Shown in pieces: positions 8,178-17,388 of a stretch of DNA of 20,000 nt (positions within the stretch are counted from its first letter, which is position 1; each line of letters starts with the position of its first letter). The notes beneath the pieces are model-generated. The model did not search any database, had not been told where the DNA came from, and saw only the letters and a program-made list of their open reading frames with translations. The position numbers and the translations under genes are program-made. Source of the stretch: Bacteriovoracaceae bacterium (GTDB taxonomy: Bacteria > Bdellovibrionota > Bacteriovoracia > Bacteriovoracales > Bacteriovoracaceae); NCBI GenBank assembly GCA_018649885.1, contig JABIHA010000069.1, positions 53,977 through 73,976 on the forward strand. The letters are read 5' to 3'.

Positions 8178-8921
8178 ATGATAAATGGCATAAAAAATTA
8201 TAATCGTGGTACAAAAATAAAATGTATTCTATTAATTTTAACTTTATGTATTCCTGGGATTTCATATGCTCAGAATAAATTTACTTTTGATCAACCAGTA
8301 TTGAGAGGGACTGGTTGTCCCCGGGGAACCACATCAGTGATTATGAGTCCAGACAATCAGGAAATTACTTTGCTATTCGATAGATTTTCAGCAGAGGTTC
8401 CACAAGTAGATGGTGACAATGATAATGACTTAGTTACATCTGAAAATCCAGGTAGAGGCAATCGTCGAAATAAGAATCGTTCACATAAAGTATGTAATAT
8501 GATTGTCTCTGCCAGTCTTCCTGAAATGAGGAGAATCGTGGGACTAGGTATATCCATTGATTTTCGCGGTAGTACAATTATTGAAAACAATGCACGTGCA
8601 GTTTTTCGTGCAGTTTTACTTAAATGGAAAGGTCCCAGAGGAAAGCGTGGCAAACGTCATGAAGTTCATCGCCGCGCCTGGCGTGGCCAATTTGTTAATG
8701 ACAATTGGTTTATTAATCTGCATAAATTGACCAAGCTACGCAGTGGCTGTTCAAAAAAACGTGAACGAAAGGTAGTCTTTAAGCTGAGAAATATCATTAT
8801 GGCGTCTATACCTAAGCGAGTTGATGCAACTAACGCATCCGCTTTAATTACACTAGACTCTCAGGATATTTCTGGAAAAATGAAATTTAGGGTGAGGACA
8901 GCTCCATGTCGAAATCTCTAG
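8178..8921 (+). CDS. DUF4360-like secreted protein (divergent paralog)
   Basis: GTGCP.GT, SPD..EITLLFD.F, KVCN, DFRG, TLDSQD and a terminal Cys. ATG 8178 follows AGGAG. Confidence 0.8.
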   Translation: MINGIKNYNRGTKIKCILLILTLCIPGISYAQNKFTFDQPVLRGTGCPRGTTSVIMSPDNQEITLLFDRFSAEVPQVDGDNDNDLVTSENPGRGNRRNKNRSHKVCNMIVSASLPEMRRIVGLGISIDFRGSTIIENNARAVFRAVLLKWKGPRGKRGKRHEVHRRAWRGQFVNDNWFINLHKLTKLRSGCSKKRERKVVFKLRNIIMASIPKRVDATNASALITLDSQDISGKMKFRVRTAPCRNL

Positions 8922-9039
8922 TACGAAACGCTACAAATTTTCTGAAAATCATAGATAGAATTGATTAAAGTCCAAGTAAATATTTACAACTTGATGATAC
9001 ATTACTCCAATCTATTTTAATACAGCTAAGGAGTTGTAC

Positions 9040-9540
9040 ATGACACTTAAAAATGTAATTCGAACCGATGTAGAAGCAATTGTAACGACAGGAACAGTCA
9101 AAGAGGCTGCAGCACTTATGTACCAAAATCATGTAGGTTCAGTGGTCGTTATTGCAAAATTAAATGGCGTAAGAAAAACCCCTGTAGGTATTATCACTGA
9201 CCGTGATATTGCACTATCACTTGGTAAAAATAAGCGCTTTGACTCAAATTTTTCTGTGCTGGACGTAATGACACCCAATGTAGTTGTGTGCACTCCTGAG
9301 GATAGCATTCACCAGACAATTCAAAAAATGTGTCAAAATGGCATCAGACGTATTCCTGTAGTGAACAATAGGGATGACCTTGTTGGCATTGTTACTTCTG
9401 ATGATCTTCTTAAGCATGTTGGAGAAGAGCTGAAGGACTTGTCTCGAATCATTTCGAGTGAAATAGGTAAAGAAAATCACATGAAGCAAACGTTTGAGAA
9501 AGAAGTGCAGCTTAAATCTTATTCCCGAGCTACCCTTTAA
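9040..9540 (+). CDS. CBS domain pair protein
   Basis: EAAALM...VGSVVV...PVGIITDRDI; DVMT..VV; GIRRIPVV...LVGIVTSDDLL. AAGGAG precedes ATG 9040. Confidence 0.93.
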   Translation: MTLKNVIRTDVEAIVTTGTVKEAAALMYQNHVGSVVVIAKLNGVRKTPVGIITDRDIALSLGKNKRFDSNFSVLDVMTPNVVVCTPEDSIHQTIQKMCQNGIRRIPVVNNRDDLVGIVTSDDLLKHVGEELKDLSRIISSEIGKENHMKQTFEKEVQLKSYSRATL

Positions 9541-9558
9541 CACTGTGGAGGTTTTGAT

Positions 9559-9810
9559 ATGAGAAATTGTGAAGTTTGTCAAAACGAATATAGAAATACT
9601 TTTGAGGTCATTATGAGAGGCAGGTCTCATATTTTTGACTCCTTTGAATGCGCCATCCATGCTCTCGCCCCACGATGCCGACATTGTGGATGTCGAGTTG
9701 TAGGTCATGGGGTTGAAGCAGACGGCATAGCTTTTTGTTGCGCTCATTGTGCTCGTCAGGAGGGCTATCAAAGCATGAAAGATCAGCTGTCAATATCATT
9801 TCTTGAATAA
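9559..9810 (+). CDS. Cys/His-rich small metal-binding protein (often annotated as prokaryotic metallothionein-like)
   Basis: CEVC.N.Y...F, FDSFECAIHALAPRCRHCGCRVVGHGVE, FCCAHCA. GGAGG RBS. Confidence 0.85.
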   Translation: MRNCEVCQNEYRNTFEVIMRGRSHIFDSFECAIHALAPRCRHCGCRVVGHGVEADGIAFCCAHCARQEGYQSMKDQLSISFLE

Positions 9811-9849
9811 CCTCCTCGGAGAATACGTTAATGTGGAAATGGGGGGGCC

Positions 9850-10533
9850 ATGTTCAAAAATAGAGAGGAAGCTGGTAGGTCTTTAGCACAAGAGTTTGGA
9901 GAAAAGATTAAAAAGCTTAGAGACCTTGTTGTTGTTGCTCTACCTAGAGGTGGAGTCCCTGTGGCCTTTGAGATAGCACAAAGACTTAAACTTCCTTTAG
10001 ACGTTTTTTCAGTGAAAAAGATTGGAGCTCCTGATAACCCCGAGGTAGCGTTAGGGGCCGTCACCGAGGATGGAGAGGTTTTTCTAAATCGTGAAATTGT
10101 TGGACACTACAAAATCAGTAAGGGTGAGATCAATCTTTTAATCAAAGAGACCCAGGCAAAAGCTCAAAAACAAGCGCGAAAGCTTAGAGGGGAGCGAAAA
10201 TCTTATGATTTAATACACAAAAATATAATTTTAGTCGATGATGGTATCGCTACTGGAGCAACGATTCATGTTGCGATTAATTTTCTTAGACAGCATGGAG
10301 TTAATTTTATAATTATTGCTATTCCTGTGTGTTCAAAAGATTCATATGAAGAGCTAAAAGAAATGGTAGATGATTTTTATGTTCTGGAGATCCCTTTTTA
10401 CTTTAGCTCAGTAGGCTCTTTTTACCAGCACTTTCCTCAGGTGCCATGTGAAAGAGTCATCTCACTTTTACAAGAGAATAGATTTACACTAGACAAAATT
10501 AAATTGGAAGGAGAAAGCTACAATGAAACATAA
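9850..10533 (+). CDS. Phosphoribosyltransferase family protein (stress-associated type)
   Basis: F.NREEAG..LA, ALPRGGVPVA, KIGAP.NPE.A.GA, PRPP loop ILVDDGIATGAT, VG.FY..FPQV. Confidence 0.92.
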   Translation: MFKNREEAGRSLAQEFGEKIKKLRDLVVVALPRGGVPVAFEIAQRLKLPLDVFSVKKIGAPDNPEVALGAVTEDGEVFLNREIVGHYKISKGEINLLIKETQAKAQKQARKLRGERKSYDLIHKNIILVDDGIATGATIHVAINFLRQHGVNFIIIAIPVCSKDSYEELKEMVDDFYVLEIPFYFSSVGSFYQHFPQVPCERVISLLQENRFTLDKIKLEGESYNET

Positions 10534-10633
10534 TAAGCAATTAAAAAAGGAAAGAATTAATATTATCTATCCTATTCTTGCAGTGGTCATTTTAATCATG
10601 TTTATGTATTTTTACAGTAATGATTTTCAATAA
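10523..10633 (+). CDS. 36-aa single-pass membrane microprotein (below the ORF track cutoff)
   Basis: AAGGAG at 10508-10513; MKHNKQLKKERINIIYPILAVVILIMFMYFYSNDFQ*. It overlaps the PRTase stop and ends just before the terminator hairpin. Confidence 0.6.
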   Translation: MKHNKQLKKERINIIYPILAVVILIMFMYFYSNDFQ

Positions 10634-10641
10634 TTAAAATG

Positions 10642-10692
10642 GTACCACCTCACTTTATATGAACAACTAAGTCGTAAAAAGTGAGGTGGTAC
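10642..10692. terminator. Long hairpin, likely bidirectional terminator
   Basis: Perfect 15-bp inverted repeat GTACCACCTCACTTT / AAAGTGAGGTGGTAC between convergent genes. Confidence 0.8.
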
Positions 10693-10702
10693 TAGTTTTA
10701 AG

Positions 10703-12148
10703 TTATCTTAGGAGATCCCTTACATAATCTCCCATTCCACCGTTACCTGTTAGCAAGTTCCAATTGCTATCAAACATTCTTGGCCCCCAAAGGCTATCAA
10801 AGCACCAGGCGGTCCAAGAAAGTTGATTGTCGTCCATCCACTTTACAAAGGGAACGCCAAAACCTGACTGTGTTCCGCCTTGGTTGCTGCCTGTTTCAAA
10901 ACCCCATTCTGTTACGAACATGGGGAATTTTCTCATCGTGGGCCCAAAATTTCTCTCCCAGTCAGAGGCACTTTGATTGCTATAAACATGAGCAGTGTAA
11001 ATGATATTATTTCCTTGAACTGGATTGGTGGCCGCACCTGACATATGCGATGACCAAAATGGCCCCCCCACTATAATCAAATTATCTGGAGCTAAGGATC
11101 GAATCAAATTAACTGCAGGTTGAGCAATCTCATCTTTCCATGAATTCCAATTATCAGGATAGATAGGTTCATTAAAAATTTCGTAAATAACATAGGGGTT
11201 ATCCTTGTACTTAGGCGCCATATATGTCCAAAATTCCTTTACCCTTGGATAGAGTCCAGACCAATCACTGACATAATGTAAATCGATAATGGAATAAATT
11301 CCTTTGCTAGTGAGGTCATCCACTAGTGGTTTGACGTGATTGTTAAAGTACTTTTCTCCGCCATTTATTTCACTAAACCACCCCTCTGTTGGATAGTTTG
11401 GATCCCCTGGATGTACTGTAATACGTATAACTTGTGCATGAAATTCATTGACTGCTTTATCTACAACCCATTGGGCAGAGATTCCTGGCCTTTCATTGTC
11501 TTTGAGATTCAAGTGTTCTGGATCTGCGATATTAACTCCCTTTAACCTCAAGACTTGTCCCAGGGCCGTATAAATTTTATTTCCTGAAACAAAGGCGTGG
11601 CCCGCAGGATTGGGATTTACAGTTGGCACAGCTGTTGGTATGGGAGTCGGAATGGACGTAGGGACAGCTGTCGGTAGGGGAGTTGGAATGGACGTAGGGA
11701 CAGCTGTCGGCATGGGAGTGGGAACAGATGTCGGTATTGGTGTTGGCACAGGGGCCGAAACTGTGCCCTCTCCACTCAATGTTGTCTTCAGCTCTCGCCA
11801 AGTCCAATTTCTCCTCCTATAGTAGCCAATATGAAACTCAGCGTAGTAGTCTCTTTCGCTCTTTGGAGAAAAGGTAATACTATAGGTGCAGCTTTGTCCT
11901 TTTTTTAGAATGTACTCATTTTCCCTACAGGTCCCACCAGTTTTCGTAAAGGCGTCATCAGTAAACCAAAATTCGTCGATTCTAATTTTTCCTCTGCGCC
12001 TGCGATTTTTAATGGTAATTACTTGAGTTTTTGTACTTCCTATTTCAACTTTCCCAAAATCTTTAATTCCCGAAAAACTAATATCAAGTGCATAAAGATT
12101 AGGTAAAGTAAAAAATAGAAAACCTAAGATTGAAAAATATTTAATCAT
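10703..12148 (-). CDS. Secreted GH5 glycoside hydrolase with an N-terminal Ig-like (ASH/choice-of-anchor-D-like) domain and Pro/Thr linker
   Basis: Signal peptide; DFGKVEIG...ITIKN...GQSC...ITFSP...TLSGEG; a PT linker; GH5 motifs LKGVN, IIDLH, YEIFNEP (acid/base), AHVY, FVTEWG (nucleophile) and WTAW. Confidence 0.9.
   Translation of the reverse strand: MIKYFSILGFLFFTLPNLYALDISFSGIKDFGKVEIGSTKTQVITIKNRRRRGKIRIDEFWFTDDAFTKTGGTCRENEYILKKGQSCTYSITFSPKSERDYYAEFHIGYYRRRNWTWRELKTTLSGEGTVSAPVPTPIPTSVPTPMPTAVPTSIPTPLPTAVPTSIPTPIPTAVPTVNPNPAGHAFVSGNKIYTALGQVLRLKGVNIADPEHLNLKDNERPGISAQWVVDKAVNEFHAQVIRITVHPGDPNYPTEGWFSEINGGEKYFNNHVKPLVDDLTSKGIYSIIDLHYVSDWSGLYPRVKEFWTYMAPKYKDNPYVIYEIFNEPIYPDNWNSWKDEIAQPAVNLIRSLAPDNLIIVGGPFWSSHMSGAATNPVQGNNIIYTAHVYSNQSASDWERNFGPTMRKFPMFVTEWGFETGSNQGGTQSGFGVPFVKWMDDNQLSWTAWCFDSLWGPRMFDSNWNLLTGNGGMGDYVRDLLR
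11620..11755 (-). repeat. Coding 12-bp/36-bp tandem repeat encoding a (PTxx)n linker
   Basis: PTPIPTSVPTPMPTAVPTSIPTPLPTAVPTSIPTPIPTAVPT. GGAATGGACGTAGGGACAGCTGTCGG recurs 36 bp apart. Confidence 0.9.
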
Positions 12149-12411
12149 ATTCCCTCCGTTTGTTTTCCATTTGAAAAAATCTTAAAATGGGTTGTAGAAA
12201 ACACTTCGGAGGAAGATTTTTATCAGTTAAGTAATTTGTCTCAAATGAACGAAGTTTTGGGGCAAGAAAGCAAATGCTTCAACTGTTGCAATAAGGATAT
12301 AGGCCTCTTATTGAAGATCGCTTTTGATGTGTATAATAGCTAGAGAGTTTGACCCACAGAGATCTATGCCACCTATGATAAGTGGCGAGAATTTACTAAA
12401 TCTGATTTAAT

Positions 12412-12690
12412 TTAAATAGGTTCTGACTGTGAAGGAAAGCGATTTTTCTTTTGATTGAAAATTTCATTGCAAGGGCAGTAGGGAAGATGTTCACCTTTTT
12501 TCAAGTCACTAAGCATTGCTTGAATCATAATCATGGCAAACATCCCCATGACCACCATAAGAGATGATCCAATGAGCCACAAGAAGCGAATCACCTCTGC
12601 CTCTAAATAATAACCAAGTGTTAATGAAAAAATACCAAAAATAATAGGTAGCAAAGGCATATATTTCATATTTCTTATACAATACTTCAA
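12412..12690 (-). CDS. Small two-TM hypothetical membrane protein
   Basis: Two hydrophobic segments and a C-terminal CPC. A G-tract RBS precedes the TTG start; an alternative ATG lies at 12669. Confidence 0.6.
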   Translation of the reverse strand: MKYCIRNMKYMPLLPIIFGIFSLTLGYYLEAEVIRFLWLIGSSLMVVMGMFAMIMIQAMLSDLKKGEHLPYCPCNEIFNQKKNRFPSQSEPI

Positions 12691-12737
12691 GACGGAACCC
12701 CCCCTATGGATTTGGTGTCATTCTTTGCGTGGAAATT

Positions 12738-14735
12738 TCACTTAACTGTTTTAAAAATCCCATTTTCAACTGTATGCCCATATGAAGGGACGATGATTTT
12801 TTTGATTTTCCCTTTTTGTCTGATGAGAATACTACCATCACCTTTGGCATTTAACTCTCTATTGGGACCATTGGGCCTAAGAAGTGGTATCTCGCCATCA
12901 AGTCCAAAATATTTTACTAGCTGATCTCGTCTGCCGATCAATTTTTCAGAAACAAATAAGGCTCCGTTGTACCCAAGCCCTGACGTTGAAAAGGCGTTGT
13001 GTAATTGCTTTTCAGTTAAGCTTGCGATTAAGCGGGTTGCCCATTTCAAATCATCAATCGTTAAATATCGAGTTAACACATTAAGTCTTTTGGAACGAAA
13101 AAGAATCAAGTCCTTTTTCACTTGCTCTATGGCCATTTTTTCTGAATCAAAACTCCCTAAAATCTTATCCTGAGATTCATCAATAAAAATACTCCAACCA
13201 AAGCGATTCATTTGCACTTCTAGGTCAGAAAGATTTTTGTAGGATTCACTAAGCTTTCTAAATAATTCAAATTTTGACTCTTTAAGCGCCACGCGAAGCT
13301 TAGTGGGGAGATAGCCACCTTCAATGAGTAAATCAACCTGAAGGTCATGGGGAGCAAGAGAATCCCCGGTATCGACTAAAACGTAGGAGAATTTTCTGGG
13401 AAGACTACCATCAGGAGTTTCTTTAAAGACAACTTTTAGGTTGTATCCAAAATTATCTACATTCCCAAGCCAACTATCAATTAACAAAAGTGCTCGTAGT
13501 TCACGGCGATCTTGATGAGACAGCATCATTCTATTCCAGCTAAAAACTCGTGTGTATCTCTTGGACCTCTTCTCTAGGTGGACTCCATATGTACGAATAA
13601 AACCAATTTTCCCTTTAAATTGCTCTTTAATTACATATGACTCTACTGGAGTCCCAAATACATTAGTTTTTTTAATTTTTGAGTGATCCATATAACGGTA
13701 AACATCAACAGCATCTTCAAATGCCACTTCTTCTCCGCTATCCAGAATAAAGCTTTTGTAATACAGTCTCAAATCAAAAATATTAAGCTGAATAACTTTA
13801 CTCTTTGATAAACTAAATAAATTAGGATGAAACTTCATTACGATTGAATCGCAATAGTAAGCTTTGTCAACATTATAGCCCATTGCTTTGTAGAGGATAT
13901 TGATTCCTGTTTCAATGTAGGCTTCTTGTTTGTGAAAAATGGGGATCTTGGGGTTTTGGTATCTCATTGCAAATTTTGCAGAGTATGTATCTTTGTCGAG
14001 GCCTTTTTTCGAGTCTTCAAAGAATGTATAAAGCTTTGCCCCGGGATTCCTACCACCACCATACTCAGGAATTATTTTTCTTTTCTTAAAATGAAAGATT
14101 CTATCTTTAGCACAGATCTCATCCTTTTTTTGGTGATAGTAATATGTTTCAAGTGACTTTTCTCTTTTTTTCCAAAATGCAGATTGCCTTGGGTTCGTTT
14201 TGTCATTTGTAGTTGTTGAATCAACTAAATTGAGAGCTTTCCCGAAAGGTTTAGAGGTCTTGATATTCAATGAATAGACTGCCCAATAAGGGTGGGCGCG
14301 TCCCTCAAAAAATGAATGCTTTATCCTTGGTCTTTTATCTACATAATAGGGCAATTGGTAAATCAGCTGTTGGTACAGACTCGCTAATTCAACTATTTGC
14401 ACTAAAATTTCATGCTTTTCCTCGTCGATGCTTTTTAAAAAAGAAAGTTTGTATTCATCATCCTTTAAAAGGGTCACACGCACAATCAATTCATCGAGTA
14501 CAATTTTTTGTTTTTTATTTAGGTGAATATCAAAGTTTTCGCGATCAGAAAGAAGTCTTTCGTAGAATTTTTTTAGAAAATGTCCTTCTCGCTCAAGTCC
14601 AGTTAACTTCTTGAGAGTGTAAATTTCGTACTTTCCATGAGCGACTAAGGGTAAATTAAATCTTTGCGTGGTCTTTTGCGATAAATCTGTACCAAAAGAT
14701 GTTGCAGAAATCAATAAACAGATTAGAAAATTCAT
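12738..14735 (-). CDS. Secreted hypothetical protein with atypical (HipA/PI3K/Fam20-like) kinase motifs
   Basis: Signal peptide; Gly-rich GGGRNP; AKF lysine; EAYIE; RRELRALLLIDSWLGNVDNFGYN; LVDTGDSL; DDLKWATRLIASLTEKQL. The kinase call rests on motif inspection only. Confidence 0.6.
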   Translation of the reverse strand: MNFLICLLISATSFGTDLSQKTTQRFNLPLVAHGKYEIYTLKKLTGLEREGHFLKKFYERLLSDRENFDIHLNKKQKIVLDELIVRVTLLKDDEYKLSFLKSIDEEKHEILVQIVELASLYQQLIYQLPYYVDKRPRIKHSFFEGRAHPYWAVYSLNIKTSKPFGKALNLVDSTTTNDKTNPRQSAFWKKREKSLETYYYHQKKDEICAKDRIFHFKKRKIIPEYGGGRNPGAKLYTFFEDSKKGLDKDTYSAKFAMRYQNPKIPIFHKQEAYIETGINILYKAMGYNVDKAYYCDSIVMKFHPNLFSLSKSKVIQLNIFDLRLYYKSFILDSGEEVAFEDAVDVYRYMDHSKIKKTNVFGTPVESYVIKEQFKGKIGFIRTYGVHLEKRSKRYTRVFSWNRMMLSHQDRRELRALLLIDSWLGNVDNFGYNLKVVFKETPDGSLPRKFSYVLVDTGDSLAPHDLQVDLLIEGGYLPTKLRVALKESKFELFRKLSESYKNLSDLEVQMNRFGWSIFIDESQDKILGSFDSEKMAIEQVKKDLILFRSKRLNVLTRYLTIDDLKWATRLIASLTEKQLHNAFSTSGLGYNGALFVSEKLIGRRDQLVKYFGLDGEIPLLRPNGPNRELNAKGDGSILIRQKGKIKKIIVPSYGHTVENGIFKTVK

Positions 14736-16402
14736 TACAGCTGTCCTTTGTAAAATGGATCAATTTTGATTCCTAAATCAGATGGTTTAAAAGTGCTATA
14801 TTTAATCTTGATCCCCCTAGAAGGGATTTTATAAAAACGAACCGACCAACCAGGTTGATCTATATTTATTGCGGGATACTCTTTATTAACACTTTTTATT
14901 TTAATACTTACACTTTGTTGAAGCGGTGACTTATTAATCACTACTACTGTCAATTTATTTGTGGTCTCACTGAGCAATGTGGCGTATACGTTCACCCATT
15001 TGTTGGATTCACTTTTTACATCTAAAACACTTCCAACAAAATTATGAGTGAATTCGGAATACAAATCATATAGAGCTGTAGGTCTATCATTATTAATTAA
15101 AACCCAAGGTAACTTGTATGGGTCATATGTATTCAAAAATGCTCTTCCAAAAAATGAAAACCCTCCTGAGGCAAGCCTACCTATTAGATCGGCCATATAA
15201 AGAGGTCTAACTATTGGGTGATAACCAAAGCTTGAATCATAGGAGTCAAGGGCAAACTCAGAAAGGGCCAATTTAGCCTCAGGGTAATACCCCTTAACCC
15301 AACTCTTCATACGACCCAATATATTGGGTGAAAAATTGCGATAGGAGCTGATATCAATTGTATTGGTAAAATTGGGGTCATCAAGAACCCTTGTATGGTT
15401 AAGCATTTGTTGAACTTTTTGCTTTCCATTTTGGTGTGAATTAATACTATTAACATCAGAAATTTTAGTTCTAAAGTTTGGGTAATAATGAATACTTGCG
15501 TAGTCTAATAGTTTATACCCATTGGGATTTAATGCTTGGTCTTTTTCGATTTCAGATAGTCTTTGGAAGAAATAGGGTAGAAAGTGATCAAATTCTCCAT
15601 TTTTCCCGTAGTGACACGAAATTTGTCCCCAAACTTCTGTCCATTCACAATCTTTACTCATATTCCCCGTCTGCCAATCATAGTAACTAATAGAGATCTC
15701 AGGTCCCCATAATTTAATATCATCCGCATTTCCACTAACTTCCTCTTGTGCTGCTCTCATGGCCATCGCATACTTAACATACCGATCAATATATTGATCA
15801 GCATTTAGTGGCTCTTTAAATGGATAGATATCGCTGTGTGTGTCCTTCCACTGTAATGGCTCATTTCCCATGCAAAAATGTTTTACTTTTAACCCTAATT
15901 TACCGTTAAGGAATTTTACAAGCTCAGACGCAAAAGATTCATCTGCAAAATCTCTGAGGACATAGCCACTTGGAGTTCTCTCTTCATCTGGTAGTCGTTT
16001 CCTAACTGCTTTTCCCAAAAAATTAACCTGAAATATCGGCTCAACATTGTGCTGTTTAAAATACTGAGCGAATTCTTCAAAAGGGATACTCTTTTTAGGG
16101 ACATCTGAAGGAATATACAAAAAACCATTCTTCCAATTAAATCCATCATAGAGGTTTCCGCCTATTCGCACCATCCCTAGTCCCAAGCCCTTTAGAACAG
16201 AAGAGCTCGGGTTGGGAACAAAGTTTGAAATTTGGCTACCGTAAAACTTGGAATTAATTTTATGGGCATTTTTTGCAGAATTAAGATCTACTGTGATTCT
16301 AATGTCAGCAGCTTCATTAAAACCTTTTGCTATTGGTGCATAACCTTCGGTCACAGCGAATACATTAGCTGAAATTAGCATTAAAAACCAAGTCATTTTC
16401 AT
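14735..16402 (-). CDS. Secreted glycoside hydrolase, GH44-like
   Basis: INSKFYG, RIGGN..DGFNW.NG, MGNEP.QW..TH.DI, KLWGPE, LLDYASIHYYP, RMKSWVKGYYP.AKLALSEF, and a C-terminal beta-sandwich (VYAT...TVVVINK). Confidence 0.82.
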   Translation of the reverse strand: MKMTWFLMLISANVFAVTEGYAPIAKGFNEAADIRITVDLNSAKNAHKINSKFYGSQISNFVPNPSSSVLKGLGLGMVRIGGNLYDGFNWKNGFLYIPSDVPKKSIPFEEFAQYFKQHNVEPIFQVNFLGKAVRKRLPDEERTPSGYVLRDFADESFASELVKFLNGKLGLKVKHFCMGNEPLQWKDTHSDIYPFKEPLNADQYIDRYVKYAMAMRAAQEEVSGNADDIKLWGPEISISYYDWQTGNMSKDCEWTEVWGQISCHYGKNGEFDHFLPYFFQRLSEIEKDQALNPNGYKLLDYASIHYYPNFRTKISDVNSINSHQNGKQKVQQMLNHTRVLDDPNFTNTIDISSYRNFSPNILGRMKSWVKGYYPEAKLALSEFALDSYDSSFGYHPIVRPLYMADLIGRLASGGFSFFGRAFLNTYDPYKLPWVLINNDRPTALYDLYSEFTHNFVGSVLDVKSESNKWVNVYATLLSETTNKLTVVVINKSPLQQSVSIKIKSVNKEYPAINIDQPGWSVRFYKIPSRGIKIKYSTFKPSDLGIKIDPFYKGQL

Positions 16403-17367
16403 TGATCTTCCTTTTCAACTTCACCAAGATCGAAAATCACCTCTTCACCCGCGAACTCATCTACTCCACATGTATTTAATGTGTCATCATATCCAACACT
16501 CATTGATCTAAAAGGGTTCTCGGCCATGGGATCAACTGCTATGGCAGGATAATTTGTTTTATAATAGTTTAAAATACCGACCCCAACATGTTCTAGTGTT
16601 CCACAAAGAGATGGTTTGTAAACTTCGTAGTAATCTTTAAAGAGCGTCTGTTGTTTTCCAAGGATAATTGTCTCTCCCGGCTGAATTCGCGTTGTTAAAT
16701 TTCGATTGACAGATTTCACAGTTCCTCTTGCAACTGATTTCATTGAGTTAAAAGTTGGACCCATGTCAAATAGGTTCATAAGACTTAGTCTGAGGAAAAA
16801 TGAAGTTGATTTTCCTTCGCTTCTATATACTGAATTAATCACCTGCTCAGAAACATTGACAATCCTTTCTGTTGAAGTTGAATTGTGAATTAGACCTGTC
16901 AATTTTTCAGTTCTAAACCTTTGAAAGCAATCTAGACTTGTATCCTTACTTTTTTGGAAAACTAGCTTTTTATATACACGAAACTCTTTTGAGGCCGTTT
17001 GGGCCAATTCACCATTTTTTTGCTTTCTTACAACTATAATTGTATTTACTGCAAATTGAAGATCATCACTAACCGGGTGAACCGAAATTTTAAATGAATC
17101 TTTCTTTGTTTCAAAAGTTTTATATTTTTCAAGACTAATATCGTTATAGCCATTATTAGAATAGGTAACGACAAAGGTGTCGTCTTCATCAGCACCTAAA
17201 ATCCTGAATTTAATCTTCTCTTTTTCTTTTGGACTAAAAATGGCCTTTGGGTATTTACAAAGAGCATAATCATGACCTTCAATTTCTGAGTCAATAACAA
17301 TTTCGAGTTTAGCATACACATTCTCAGTAATAGCGACTAAGAATAGAAATAAAGTAAGTTTTTTCAT
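16399..17367 (-). CDS. Secreted protein with a putative aerolysin/ETX-MTX2-like C-terminal module
   Basis: Signal peptide; HNSTSTERIVNVSEQVINS, an alternating hydrophobic hairpin TSFFLRLSLMNLFDMGPTFNS, a Ser/Thr-rich return strand, then TRIQPGET. The CDS is secure; the fold is inferred. Confidence 0.55.
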   Translation of the reverse strand: MKKLTLFLFLVAITENVYAKLEIVIDSEIEGHDYALCKYPKAIFSPKEKEKIKFRILGADEDDTFVVTYSNNGYNDISLEKYKTFETKKDSFKISVHPVSDDLQFAVNTIIVVRKQKNGELAQTASKEFRVYKKLVFQKSKDTSLDCFQRFRTEKLTGLIHNSTSTERIVNVSEQVINSVYRSEGKSTSFFLRLSLMNLFDMGPTFNSMKSVARGTVKSVNRNLTTRIQPGETIILGKQQTLFKDYYEVYKPSLCGTLEHVGVGILNYYKTNYPAIAVDPMAENPFRSMSVGYDDTLNTCGVDEFAGEEVIFDLGEVEKEDQ

Positions 17368-17388
17368 TTTTTCTCCAACTTTTAAAAA

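Noticed and set aside
9244..9771. 175-aa minus-strand ORF
   Set aside because: It is antisense to the well-supported CBS and Cys-rich genes.
11577..11822. Repetitive ORFs in alternative frames
   Set aside because: They are by-products of the PT-linker repeat in the GH5 gene.
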